Positions 12,628 through 25,057 are shown, counted from the first letter of the stretch. The stretch: 64,000 nucleotides of DNA from Octopus vulgaris (GCA_951406725.2 OX597817.1:88412001-88476000); one strand, 5' to 3'. Numbers and translations: made by a program. Notes: generated by a model not told the origin, from the letters alone.

Positions 12628-12662
<35 letters not shown>

Positions 12663-13369
12663 GTGTGTGTGCCTTTGTGTCTATATTTGTACCCCCACCA
12701 TTGCTTGACAACTGACGTTGGTGTGTTTATGTTCCCATAATTTAGCGGTTTGGCAAAAGAAACCTATTGAATAAGTACTAGGCTTACAAAGAATAAGTCT
12801 TGGGGTCAACTTCTTCAACTAAAAATCCCTTTAAGGCAGTGCTCCAGCATGGCCGCAGTCAAATGACTGAATCAAGTAGCAGAATACCAATACATGGAAT
12901 ATTGGTAGAATATTCCAATCAAGACTTTGACTATGTCCAAAAACAAAAGGCTTGATATAATTATTTGGGACAGAAAAGAAAAGTTATACACAGTCATAGA
13001 GGTTAGTTACCCTGCCATTGGTGCAATTGGTTATGTTAGTAAATGCCTAAGTTGAAATCTGGAAAAGCTAGGATTTTCAAGAATAGCAAGGAACTGGCCA
13101 ACATGAAACTTTACAAATACAATCTGTTAGTGAAACAGTAAAAACATGCAGGAATTTCTTAAAGTTCAATATGTAACAATTATCATTATTGTTTTCCAAA
13201 TTCCAGTGATGGAACTTTCTGTTTTGAACCTGCTACAGCCCTCAAACAAAATTTCTAATAAAGAAACTGAAGGCATACATGTATCATGCACACCTATATA
13301 CATACATGGAAACACACACACAGACACACATAAATATACATACACATACATGCAAATATATATACCTAT

Positions 13370-13405
<36 letters not shown>

Positions 13406-13849
13406 ACATATACACATACATATTCACACATATATACATACATATACTCACATATATACAAACATATAGACAGATAGATAGAACACACACATATAAACAT
13501 ATATAAGCACACACCTACAAACATTTACATAACTATATGCACATACATACACACACATTTTTTCTAGTTACATAACAAACAGCTAAAAATATACCTGCAA
13601 ACTATGAGAAAAATAAATTCCTTCTTAAAAGTTTGACTGCCTTTTATCAAAAGAATATTTGCTAATAAAATCAGAATCTCAATTTTTAAACATGGAAACC
13701 ATCCTTAATAAATAAACAAATTAATGGATTAATTTAATTAGGTCGAATAAATCGGACTATATTAATATAAAAACAAAACAAAATGTAGCCCTCACAAAAA
13801 AAACAAAAACATCCCAGCTGAAAAACAAGACTGCCTCAAGATATTAGTT

Positions 13850-14315
13850 AAAACTTAGTTAATGTAATAATTAAAACTGCATTGATTACGGTAATTATCA
13901 AAATTACCCAAGTTAAGGTAATACTTAAAACCGCTCCAATTAAGGTATTAACTGAAACAGCACCAATTAAGATAGTAATTAAAACTGTTCCAATCGAAGT
14001 AATAATTAACACTGCTCCAATTAAGGTAATAATTAAAACTACTGCAATTAAAGAATTACATCTTCCAATTAAGGTATTAAGTAAAACTGCACCAATTAAA
14101 GTATTAATTAAAACTGCAACAATTAAGGTATTAATTAAAACTGCGACAATTAAGGTAATAATTAAAGCTGCCGCAGTTAAGGTATTGATTAAAACTGCTG
14201 TTTAAGGTATTAATTAAAACTTCCAGTTAAGGTAATACTTAAAACTGTACCAATCAGGATAATAATTAAAACCATCTCGGTAAAAGTATTAATTAAAACT
14301 ACTCCAATTAAACTA
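13850..14315. repeat. 27-bp minisatellite, roughly 17 degenerate copies, in the intron after MSRB1 coding exon 1
   Basis: Unit approximately ccaattaaggtattaattaaaactgca; it produces the repetitive ORF 13882-14205. Confidence 0.85.
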
Positions 14316-14479
14316 TTAGATAGTAATATTGCCGTATATTTTTGTCCCAATATTTGCCTACGTCTTCGGAATGAGTTGCGATTCTGTCGCTTTAAAACAA
14401 ACTGCTTTTGAACAATTGTAAAGCGATAGAAAAAGTAAGCCGTAAGGGCGAATGAAAAGAGATTTTGTGCTTACAATTT

Positions 14480-14680
14480 AAATCAATAACAAATCAATTC
14501 GATCAACACCAATCAGTTCCATTATCAACAAGATAACACATCTGTTCGATCAACAAGACGTAATAAGAAATCAGTTCCATCGTCAAGAACTAATCAGTTT
14601 GATCAACAACAAATAAATTATAACAAATCAGTTCACTCATCAATAACCAATCACTTCGATCAACAGCAATAAATCCATAA
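14480..14680. repeat. Degenerate short tandem repeat
   Basis: Recurring aatcagttc(g/c)atcaacaa-like units. Confidence 0.6.
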
Positions 14681-14864
14681 TTACATTACGTAAAACCAAA
14701 TAAATATAAAGTAATAATTAGTTTCTAAGCGTTACTGGTTGATCCTAATGAAAATAGGTTGGTTATTTCATGTGGTTTACCTTAACGACAATAACTGGGA
14801 TCAATTAATATCGACAGACAGAATAAAAGAGGACAATTATTTGAAATCAAAATTACTTCCTTAC

Positions 14865-14919
14865 CATCTTCGAAATGGTCTCGGTAATGTTCAGAACCAA
14901 ACCAACAGGAGAAAGACAT
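14865..14919 (-). CDS. MSRB1: MSRB1 coding exon 1
   Basis: ATG at 14919, 55 coding nt MSFSCWFGSEHYRDHFED(G), donor gtaagg. Matches recalled vertebrate MSFCSFFGGEVFQNHFEPG. An acceptor ctttgtag one base before the ATG implies an upstream non-coding exon. Confidence 0.92.
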
Positions 14920-15354
14920 TCTACAAAGACATCAAACAATATTAAGTAAAAAATAAACACGAAAAAACAGCTCCAATAATTACAAAGAATTTATAGAGAA
15001 AAAAAGGTTATATAAGAAAAACAGATGACTTATTATGTAATTTAAAAAAAAATTATGTTTATTTTTTCTTTACTTCTACTAATTCTTTCTTGATATTTCA
15101 GGAGAAGCTGCGTAGCGAGATCTAAAAAATTAGAGCAATAACAGTTACCAGGTAATCTTAAATAAAAATACCTGAAATAAGGCGAAGGATTTTTCGGATA
15201 TATATATTCACACGTTATGTAATATACACGTTAGCAGATTATTCTATCCAAAGTGTACATAAGTAGAATCAAAGAAAATTTAGAGTATACGAACTTGTAT
15301 AACGACTAACTGTCTCTCGAAGTTGGTTTCGTTGGTGAATAAGCTAAAAATTAC

Positions 15355-15680
15355 TTCGAAGGAAAGTTTAAATTGACAATTTCTTTTGTGTCCTTTCAAC
15401 ACATCACCCTCTAACCGGAATAAACTGTTTGTGTTTACCGGTTTTAATGCTGATTAGTAAACAAGGAAGTCACAAGTACTTTAACGGACCAAGGATAACG
15501 ATGATTGCTGCACGGATAAGTAGCAAACATCAACCTACGTTAATCACGTTGAAATAAAAAAGAAAGATGAGACAACAATTTAAATAGAAGAAACTATTAT
15601 TAGAAAGGTATCCGTTTTTGTATAACTAATGGCGACAACGGAACATGACTGTAGCTAACAGTAAAAGACGCAATCAACAC
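15355..15680 (-). promoter_or_regulatory. Putative MSRB1 promoter and non-coding first exon (about 15420 to 15355)
   Basis: Repeat-free, CpG-retaining segment with ETS-like cores (ccggaa near 15415, aggaagt near 15464), an aatggcg motif near 15628 and a minus-strand donor gaa|gtaatt at 15354. Confidence 0.4.
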
Positions 15681-16289
15681 AATTAAAAAATATTATATTT
15701 ATTCTTCATGTCTCTACAAAACAAAAAAGTGGCATTAAATGAAGACTGAAATCTATTCACGAAATCTCTCGAAAACAACAACAGACTGCAAATAAAAATC
15801 TGAGGTGGAAGAAAGAAACAGAAGAGTTGCTTCCCTTTATAGTGAGCTTTTAAACGGAGTGTAGAGCTATCTTTTTTCATTGCCTAATAGGGTAATGAAA
15901 CCTAGTCTTTTGCAACATCCCAAAAAGAAAATTTTCTCACATTTCCAAGCAATATTACTTATGAATAAAATACAAAGGAAGCCTTCAAATTCGATAAAAT
16001 TTCTAAATCTCAACCTCTCATGGTGACCTCACATCACCAAAACTGCATCCCAAAGGCTAGGGTTTCTTGGCTAGAAAACACTTCAGTCCTGAACAGTAGT
16101 TGATTTCATATAAATTAAAAGACAACATTAGAGTTCTGGTTACATACTACAATACTTCTTATAACCTATCCAAAGAATGGCCATTTAACTGAATGCTAAA
16201 CACTTACTGTTACACTTCTGTTTTTAGCTTATAGCAGGAATATTTGGCAAAGTCTCATACACTAACTCACTACCTAGAAATCGAATTTG

Positions 16290-16680
16290 AATCACTGTAT
16301 TCACAAGCAGTTAAGGAGGAAGTTTTGAAAGTATAGTTGCTAGAATAAGAAGGCTGGAGAAAGTTGAGAGAGCTAGTCATAGTAATAAAAGGTTTCTGTT
16401 TCAGAATGAAAGGTAGATTGTATGATGTTTGTGTAGAAACAGCAATGCTACGGGGCAAGGAGATGTAAGCCTTGAATGCAGAGGACTTGCAAAAATTAGA
16501 ATGAAATGAAATTAGCATGCTCTGTTGGATGTGCAATGTTAATGTGCATAAACAATGAAATATGTGTTGAGAGAAAAACTGTGCATAAATGGAGTCAAAT
16601 AAGGTGTACAAAAGTGAAGACTGAGCTGGTATGGACGTGTGATGTGTGTGGATGAGGGTGGCTGCATAAATAGGGATATA
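16290..16680 (+). mobile_element. Decayed RTE-like LINE 3' ORF fragment; related pieces near 33700-33950 (-) and 37540-37850 (+)
   Basis: Translates to KGRLYDVCVETAMLRG...RLSWYGRVM with stops. Confidence 0.55.
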
Positions 16681-17184
16681 TCTTATTATTTCATCTGTCT
16701 TCACATTCTGAGGTTGACTTTGCCTTTCATCCTTTCAGGGTCACTAAAATAAGGACCTTACTCCTCCTCTGAAACTGCTGGCCTTGTGCCAGAAATTTGA
16801 AATCAATATGGATGGAGCTTGTTGAAAAGGGAGATCTAGGAATATATTGGAGAAAGCATTGATGGCTGTCCTGGGACTTTAAACCTCATGGGGGAGATGA
16901 CAAAGAACTTGGATGATTGATGATATCTGGTGCTTGAAAAGACACACATCTCAACTAAGTTTCCGGAAGCACTATATATATACGGGGATTCTTCAACTCT
17001 TATCAAACCTTCTCCATAAACCATCATTTCTCTCTCACTGATCTCTCCATCACTTGCCTGACTGCAGTATTCTACTGCTGCAATTAAATAAAATGGAACT
17101 ACATACTGCATCATTATCTTTTTACTGTGATACTACTTGTCTTCCTTACTATCCAGGACTATATCATTTGATATCCACTCTTTA

Positions 17185-17841
17185 TCTATAATAATAAATG
17201 CCAAAACGAATTTCTGTGTGTCAGTGTGTCACACTTTGATCCCCTTCTCTCACTATTGAATGACACATCTTCTACACTTCTTGCTGGGGTAAGAGTAATA
17301 GTAGGCATAGAGATGTTGAGGGCGGTAGTAGATTGATAGTTGAGATGGTAATGGGGTGATAGTAACAGTATGAGCTGTAGTTGCGATAAAGGTGGAGGTG
17401 ACGGTGATGATGGTGGTGGTGGTGGTGGTAGCTGAAGTGGTCAAGATTGACGGTGACAGTAAGGGATGTGAAAGACAGTGGTGATGGTGGTGGCATCAGA
17501 AGTCTAAATGGTGTGTGTATAGTTGTGGTGGCGATGGTGGTGGTACTGGTGATGGTTGAAAGCAATCAACAAATAGAGAGAAAGAAAAAGGTTAGATAGA
17601 AAAAAAAAATTGTACTGACCCTTGAATGGGAAGACAATGTTGTTTATCATGAAGCTTTGCAATAAGCTCTGAGTCAACATATTATATCATTGTTTTGACG
17701 AAAATTGTTCATAGCTTGAAAAATGATGGTCAAGTTTAATAAAATTTAATATGTATTCAATGCATGAAGTGTCATTATTGGGCTCAAGGCCCAAAGAAGA
17801 GCCAGCTTAAAAGCCACCAGTTAAGGCGGCTTTTAAGCTAG
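17185..17841 (+). mobile_element. Non-autonomous Helitron
   Basis: A|TCtataataataaa 5' end; 3' hairpin aaaagccaccagttaaggcggctttt followed by CTAG|T; inserted between A and T with no TSD. Confidence 0.75.
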
Positions 17842-18018
17842 TTCTTAATATTTCCTCCTCCATTCACAGTTTACATTAATCACTCTTCTGTACCACCAAA
17901 TCATGTCAGCTTTTCTGCTAACATACATCTCTCACCCTTCTAAAGCAGTGTTTGCCATTACTTGCACATTCTTGCAACTTACCTACCAAAATGTTACCTC
18001 TTTCTCTCTAATCATTTC

Positions 18019-18058
<40 letters not shown>

Positions 18059-19224
18059 AGTTCCACTGAGGTTGACTTTGCTTTTAATCCTTTTGGGGTT
18101 GATGAAATAAGTACCAGTTACACATTGGAGTTGATGTAATTGATTTATCCCCTCTCCCCAAATTTCAGGCCTTGTACCTATAGTAGAAAGGATTATTATT
18201 ACCTCTGCCTTAGTGAAGACAGAGGTATTGTTTTCAGCCATGTTTGTTTCTCTGTGGACAAGATATCTCAAGAACCGCTGGATGGATTCAGATGAAACTT
18301 TCAGAGATGTTTGGCCTCATGACTGGTACTGATTAGATTTTGGGATCAATCCAGTACCAGACAAGGGTTCTGGATTATTTTTCCAGTTTTTTGCTTAATT
18401 TTTGAGAGTGGTCGGGTTAATTTTTAGTGTTCTCATTTGTGAAAGCAGTCGAGTTATTTCAGATATTCTTATTTTAAAAATCATCTCCAGTTAATTGTTG
18501 AGAGGATGTTGGTGTTGCCTTGGTGGAGGTTTGCCCTCTCTGAGTGCTCTTGTTATTATTATTATCCTCTTTCAATTTTGTTTCCATTTCTTGCTAAGTG
18601 TCTTCCTGACACATAGGGCAAAGAAACTCACAGTACACATTGGTAAGCCATTAAAATAAAGACATCAGATTGTTCATTTACAAAATCATGTGATAGAAAA
18701 AAGGGGAAGAAAGACAGAGAGTAAAAAGAAATAAGAAAAAATGGAAAAAAAAATGAAAATAATGGAGAAAGAGGAAAGAAGATTCACAGTGACAATGCTT
18801 TTATTATTATTATTATTATTATGATTATTGTTATTATTCTGCTATACTTCATCTCTTTCATAACTGTCAGTTATGACTAACTCTTTCCTACCTTACCTTC
18901 AACCCATCAACCATTCCTCTACCCTTTTTACCACTGACTACTTCTGCTTTTCAACCTTAACTAATCTTTACAGCTATCACCTTCTCCCTCCTACCTGCCA
19001 TCTAACTCATATTTTCATTGACCACCTCTTTTCAATATTCATTATATTCAGCTCTCACCCCTACTCCATCTTTAATCATCCCTCACTTACCCTATATGCT
19101 CTTGCAACCTCAGCACATCAGCCCTTCCAGTTACTCTATCCCCATTCCTTTTCACCTTAAAAAAGGAAAGTTTGGTTCTCAAGTCATGCTGACTCATAAG
19201 AGCTGGTTTGCTAGTTTCATGGCA

Positions 19225-20342
19225 TATCATCATCATCCTTCAAACAACCATAGGTTGGTCGAAACTCCATTGACAATCCCTTTCCACACCACACGGTCCT
19301 GCATTGCTGCATTCAGATCTCTAATATCTAGCCCTGAGTCCTGAGATATAGTATCTGAAAATATCAATTTCCTGGAGAAAATACTTCCAGAGGATTCCAT
19401 AGGAGCAGGGATGAGATAACCGTTTTCTCTGCTTGATGACAGTGGCCAGCAAATTGTAGCCATTTCTGCTTTAGCTTGAGGGATATTGGTATCAGATTTC
19501 CATAAATGTTACTAAGTGTTGGGTGTGATCTCCAACTGATGTTCTGTATTTTTCTGAGCAGGTTGGTATATGTTCCATCAAGTTGTTTTTCTAAGAGAGC
19601 TGATAAGGTCCAGGTCTCTGATCCATAGAGAAGGGCCAGCTCAATCAGTGTTCTAAATATTTTAACTTTTAACGTGGGCGGAAGGTTTGAGTGCCAGCCC
19701 TTATCAGGTCTGTTACAGACATCTCAAGCAAGAGCTCTGCAGTTGCAAAAGTCCTTTTGGGAGTCTACTGTGTGTGAACAAAGATATTTGCAGTTGTCAA
19801 CGTTTTTGATTGATATATTATTGAGTGATTTAACTTGGAGGAGGTCATGTTAAACTCTGTCTTACTCTCATTGCAGTAAAGGCCGACCTTGTTTTCTGCT
19901 TTCTCCAGTGCTTGTAACAAAGATTCTGCATACAATGGGATATCAAAGCAAGATCGTCAGCAAAGTCAAGATCAGTTAAATATTGTGCACAATGCCAACT
20001 GCTCTGGTGGGGTTTCAAAAGGAGTCCCTTTTCTTACATGCCGTCTAGGGAAATGTGTAAGAATTAGAATGGATTTAGAAGGGGATGGTCAACAACTGCT
20101 CAATTCCTCTCCATATGTTACATACTAGAAGAAATGCAAACGTTTAACAAGAGCATCAGAATCTGTTTTGTTGACTTTTGCAAAGCATTTGATTCCATCA
20201 GCAAAGATCTTATGTTTAAAATCGTTGAACTCTATGGTATTCCTCCCAGGATTGTTGATGCTATCAGAACGCTGTACACAAACACTACTGCCACAGTTGT
20301 ATTTCCTGATGGAGAGACTGATTTCTTTGAAGTTGAGGCAGC
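19225..20342 (-). mobile_element. RTE-clade LINE relic with an inverted 5' segment
   Basis: Minus strand from about 20060 to 19225 encodes LTDLDFADDLALIS through to an (ATG)n tail. Plus strand 20068-20342 encodes the preceding RT part GFRRGWSTTAQ...FVDFCKAFDSI...YGIP...EVEA. Confidence 0.75.
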
Positions 20343-20355
20343 TTGTTTGACCTGC

Positions 20356-23030
20356 TGTCAAAGGGAGTAATGCGCCAAGAAAGACCCTCCCCACTCTTAG
20401 ACTGGAAGTGGTCAATTAATAGTAGTGTAGGTGGAGTGTACTAGGAGGGCACAGAAGAATGAACCATTGCAAAAACAGTTGTATGAACAATTGAAAAAAT
20501 ACAATACAAGGAAAAACGTTCAGCAAAGAAAGATGTGCAATCAAGTAGAACAAAGCATATATGTACAATGATACAGAAGAGAGAAAATGTGAATGCAGTG
20601 TCTCAAGCAGCATAAATCTATTCTCTGGAACAGTCACTGGTGAGGTAAAGTTAAGATATATGAATAGTCTGAGACAATTTCTTTGGCCAATTAACCAGTC
20701 TGCCAGAATGTGTCCTGTAAGGTGAAGAATGTGTTTGTGTAGTTGGCGTTTTGGTGAGTGGAGGTGGTGCTTGTGGGGGTGGGGGTGGCAGTGTTTGTGG
20801 AATGATGGGTATGTCAGCAATGTTTCGGAAAAGGCTTTTTTTACTCTGTCAATAGAGACAGTCTCGTTTTCCCCCATGAATGACCACAGTGAACAGTTCC
20901 GGTATGCTTTTAAGAACATGATAGAGTCCAGTGTTGGGAGGTGTGAGCAGTCCCTTAACAGCGTCATTTCTTACAAACACATGAGTCCAGATAGAAATAT
21001 CCAGAGGTACTGCAGAGGAAATAGACTGGTCACTAGGAAACATTGGTGGCAGGTCAGCAAAGAATGACCTGAGTTGCATGAAGATGTTGGGTTTACCTGC
21101 TGCAAGTTTGAACACCTACCTCTGGTAAGTTGACAGGCACCAACATTTGTTCAGGTAGTGCTAAGGTGGTGCCATACAGAAGCTCAGCAGAGGAGTAGCT
21201 TAAGTCTTCCTTGACAGCTGAGCAGCACCCTACCAGAACAATGGGGAGAAACTTGGATCAACAATGAGGGTCAGGAGCCGTGTGAATAGCGGCTTTAAGT
21301 TGTCGGTGTAATCTTTCCACCATACAGTTTGTGGTGGGATGGTAACTGGTGGTGTGGATGCGCTGAACTCTGAGCAATCTCGAAAGTTCACAGAAGAGAC
21401 AAGCTTCAAATTGGCATCCACGATCAGTAGTAATTCTAGAGGGTACTCCGAAGTGAGATATCTACCCAGAGATGAGTGCTCTGGCGACTGTTCTGTGGAA
21501 ATGTCCATGAGAGGGATGGCTTCAGGCCTTCTGGAGAAATGGTCGACACAGGTCAATATATAAGTAAATCTGCAACTGATCGGCCAAGGACCAACCAGGT
21601 CGATGTGTATGTGATGGAACTTGGTGTCCGGTGGCTGGAAATGTCCAAGAGTTGCTCTCATGTGATGATGCACTTTGGAATGCTGACATGGTAGACAGGC
21701 ATGGGACCGAGCAGTAATAGACCGTCACATATTCGTCCAGAAAAAGCAGGCTGAGACAAGCTTTACTCTGACTGTAGTGCCAGGGTGCAGCAGTGAATGC
21801 AGTGCTTCAAAAACAGCACAACAGAGACATTCAGGAACGAGGGCTCATGTCGATCCGGTAGAAACATCACAGAGAATGGTTCCTTCAGAAAAGGCAGAGG
21901 CAGATATTCAAACTTGCAGCAGGAAAACTGTGGTGAAGAGGTGTCCAGAGAGTCCAAGGAGGATTGATCAGTAGCCATAGCAACCAAATCAATCAAAGCA
22001 GGAGAGATGTTGTCAGTGCCAGAGATGTGGTGGATGTCACTAGTGAACTGTGATATATAATTCAATTGATTTTGTTTCTCTGGGCAAGTACCGGTCCATT
22101 TTTGCAAAGAGAGTGGACATTAGTGGTTTGTGGTCAGTGAAAATCGTGAAGTCTCTACCTTCAAGAAGATAAGAGAAATGCTTCACCACCAGGTAAATTG
22201 CTAGGAGTTCTTTACCAAATACACTATATCTCATTTTGGCATTTTTCAGCTGGTACAAGAAAAAGGCTAATGGCTGGTTTTGGCTGTTTACAGATTGCTC
22301 TAAAACTGCCCCTGTATTAGATGATGATACATCGACAGTAAGTGATAATTTTGCATTTGGAACAGGATGAGCGAGGAAAGATGCTTGAATAAGGACAGCT
22401 TTGACAGATTCAAAAGCTTGGACGGCTGTAGAAGACAGTATTATCGATGTGTCTTTCATTGATCTTTCAAGTGCTGGGTCAAGGGAAACAACTTCTTCAC
22501 ACATTTAGGAATGAAGCGTCGATAATAATTAAACCAATAAAATTTCCACTTTAGAGGGAAGTAAATGAATAACATCGGTGTCAATGAGATGCCCCAAGAA
22601 TTCCAAACTTGTAGAACAGAAGACACACTTAGCTAGGTTAATCTTCACATCATAGGAATGTAGATGCTTGAACAGCTGGGTCAAGTGTTGTAGGTGCTGT
22701 TTTGGAGTATCACTTGTGATTAAAAGGTCATCGAAGTACACAAAGATAAACTGTAACCCACAAACGTCCTCATCAATTAATGTTTGGAACATGCTGGCTG
22801 CCTTACGAAGTCCAAATGACATAGACAAGAATTCAAATGCTCCAAAAGGCGTGGTGACAGCTGTCGTTGGAATGTCATCGGGGTCATCAGGGATTTGATG
22901 GTTCGCGTGTACCAAGTCAATCTTAGAAAAAATCTTACAACCATGCAGTGCAGATGGAAAATCATGAGCTTTAAGAAGGGGATAGCGATCTGCGTCAGTG
23001 ACGGTGTTAAGACGTCTAAAATCTCCAACC
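20356..23030 (-). mobile_element. Decayed Ty3/Gypsy LTR retrotransposon (RT, RNase H, integrase, probable 3' LTR at about 20356-20860)
   Basis: Frameshifted ORFs contain TTPFGAFEFLSMSFGL, YFDDLL, ELLAIY...FTIFTDHKPL and HIHIDLVGP...TCVDHFSR in Gypsy domain order; purine tract near 20870 on the minus strand. Confidence 0.88.
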
Positions 23031-23709
23031 AGTCAGAAATCAGTACAAATGCACGAACGATGTCATAAATAACAATGACGATTGAAAAATACACCGCCGA
23101 TAGTTTTGACAAACAACGGCAGTAATTTTATTCAGCTGAATACACGTCATTGATTGGTTGAAATTACCGAAGTAGGACTACTTTAACGTGAAATAACTTC
23201 GTAAATATAAGTTTTTCTCAAAAATGCTAAAAGTAAAAGATGTTTCATATGACACATTCTACCAGTGTCCGAAGTTTAAAAGTGTTTAGTTACAAAATCT
23301 TATTTTTTAAATCAGTAGGTCAAAAGGTAAAGATCCCTTCTGCCCGTCCCCCTACCAGAACCACCCTTAAAAAAAATTTTTTTTTCGACACAGTCCCCGC
23401 TCCCTTTTCGGCTACGGGGAATACGATTCTGCAAAAAAGTTGTCAAAAATCTACATTTTAATTCCATCATTTTTCACTTTTTCAGAATTTTTTTTTCAAA
23501 AGATGCGGGAAAATACTATTATGATTAAATCCTTAAAAATGTTTTAGCCCGAAGGACGCGGCCATGCTGGGGCACCACCGCTGATTTTGAATAAAATTTC
23601 CAAAAATTTTTGCAAAATTTTTTTTTTAAGAATTTTAAAAAAATAAATGCGGAAAAATACGGATATTATGATTCGGACAAAAATTTCAAAATATTTCTGT
23701 ACATACAGT

Positions 23710-23830
23710 TATGGTTAGGATTTTAGGGTTAGGGTTAGGGTTTTAGGGTTAGGGTTCAGGTTAGTGTTTTAGTGTTAGGGTTAGGGTTAGTGTTGGGGTT
23801 TTAGGGTTAGGGTTAGGGTTAGTGTTGGGG
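23710..23830 (+). repeat. Degenerate (TTAGGG)n telomere-like tract
   Basis: ttttagggttagggttagggttttagggttagggttcagg... Confidence 0.85.
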
Positions 23831-24439
23831 AAAAAGGCAAAATTGAAGAATTTTAGCGGTGGGGGGATTTAACAATGCCGATTTTTGGCAATTTTCCGGA
23901 ACCTCCGTATCCGAAAACGGGGGTTTTTGACAAAAAAAATAAATAAATAAATATATACAAATTTAGGAGAAAAAAAAGGGGGGGGGGGCGAAGTCTTTCC
24001 AAAATCTGATTTTTTTTTTCTTTTAGTGAAAAATCGTGCGGGTATTAATATAAAAATTTACCTAAATGATGCTTATCGAGGTTTACGAGCACATCATCCA
24101 ATGTGCCCCTCTTTTACTTTAGTGGGTTTTTTAAACTCTTTCACTGTAAAGATGGTTATATATAATTTGAGGGAGATTTGGCCGTTTCTGGCCGGTCCAG
24201 CGATAGATCAGAAGTGATAAACTCATTAATTTCTCTGGTGATATTTTCTCTGTGAGGAAAGGTATTTTTAATGTCTTGTAACATTCTTACTATGTTGGAT
24301 ATTAGCATGTATAAAGGTAATGATTAAATAGAGCTAATCAATCACTCTTATTACAGATATTATTAAATAAAGTTCTATATTTCCATTACCGTGGTGTTTA
24401 ACAGATTTCTGAAAACCATATGTCGACAATCGCGTGTGC

Positions 24440-24500
24440 GTTTGTAAATACGAAACTGCGTGTAAATATAGCCAACTCTACTTTGGTTTCTAAGCAACGT
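24440..24500 (+). promoter_or_regulatory. Candidate CFAP54 promoter elements: RFX X-box and forkhead-type sites
   Basis: GTTTCTAAGCAAC at 24486-24498 and two TGTAAATA near 24443 and 24461, about 210-270 bp upstream of the ATG, in a CpG-retaining repeat-free stretch. Confidence 0.5.
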
Positions 24501-24710
24501 ATTCAATAACAATTAAGTATCGTCTGAATCCCATTTTGGTCGAAACTAACGTCTGGAACTAACCATAACTCACTCACACGTAATTACAGTCACGCCCATA
24601 CACAAACATACATACGTGCATACACACACGCATATATACTAATATAGAAATATGCACAGGCATACACTTAAACTCACATAAGATTAATAATAAACTTCAC
24701 ACTATTTAGA

Positions 24711-24892
24711 ATGGCTACTAACATCAGACTGAAAGCGGCAAAATTACTCAATAGACAGTATCCAAGCAGTTATTATGATGCTGTGGGCTGCAAAATCAAC
24801 CCCGTTTTTATAGCTTTTAAGAAAGAAAAGGAAGATTTTTTTAATCTTTTCCGGAATAAGCCGACTGATGTACCTTCAGTATGTGGCCGACC
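24711..24892 (+). CDS. CFAP54: CFAP54 coding exon 1
   Basis: MATNIRLKAAKLLNRQYPSSYYDAVGCKINPVFIAFKKEKEDFFNLFRNK resembles recalled LPLAVFYGPLDAKNPLLASCEKEIQELLGFMRKK; donor gtaagt, phase 2, compatible with exon 2. Confidence 0.8.
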
Positions 24893-25057
24893 GTAAGTAC
24901 ATACTTTCCTCAGTGTTTTTTTCGTCCCTTTTTCATTTATTTATTCGTCTTGAGTTTTAGTCACTGAGCAGTGGACATACTGGGATACGGCCTTTATTAT
25001 CATTATTATTATTTAGAAGAAGAAGAAGAAGAAGAAGACCTGTCCACCCCAACAAGC

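Noticed and set aside
13882-14205. 107-aa repetitive ORF (KTAPIKV repeats)
   Set aside because: By-product of a 27-bp minisatellite; no ATG start and no evident splice context.
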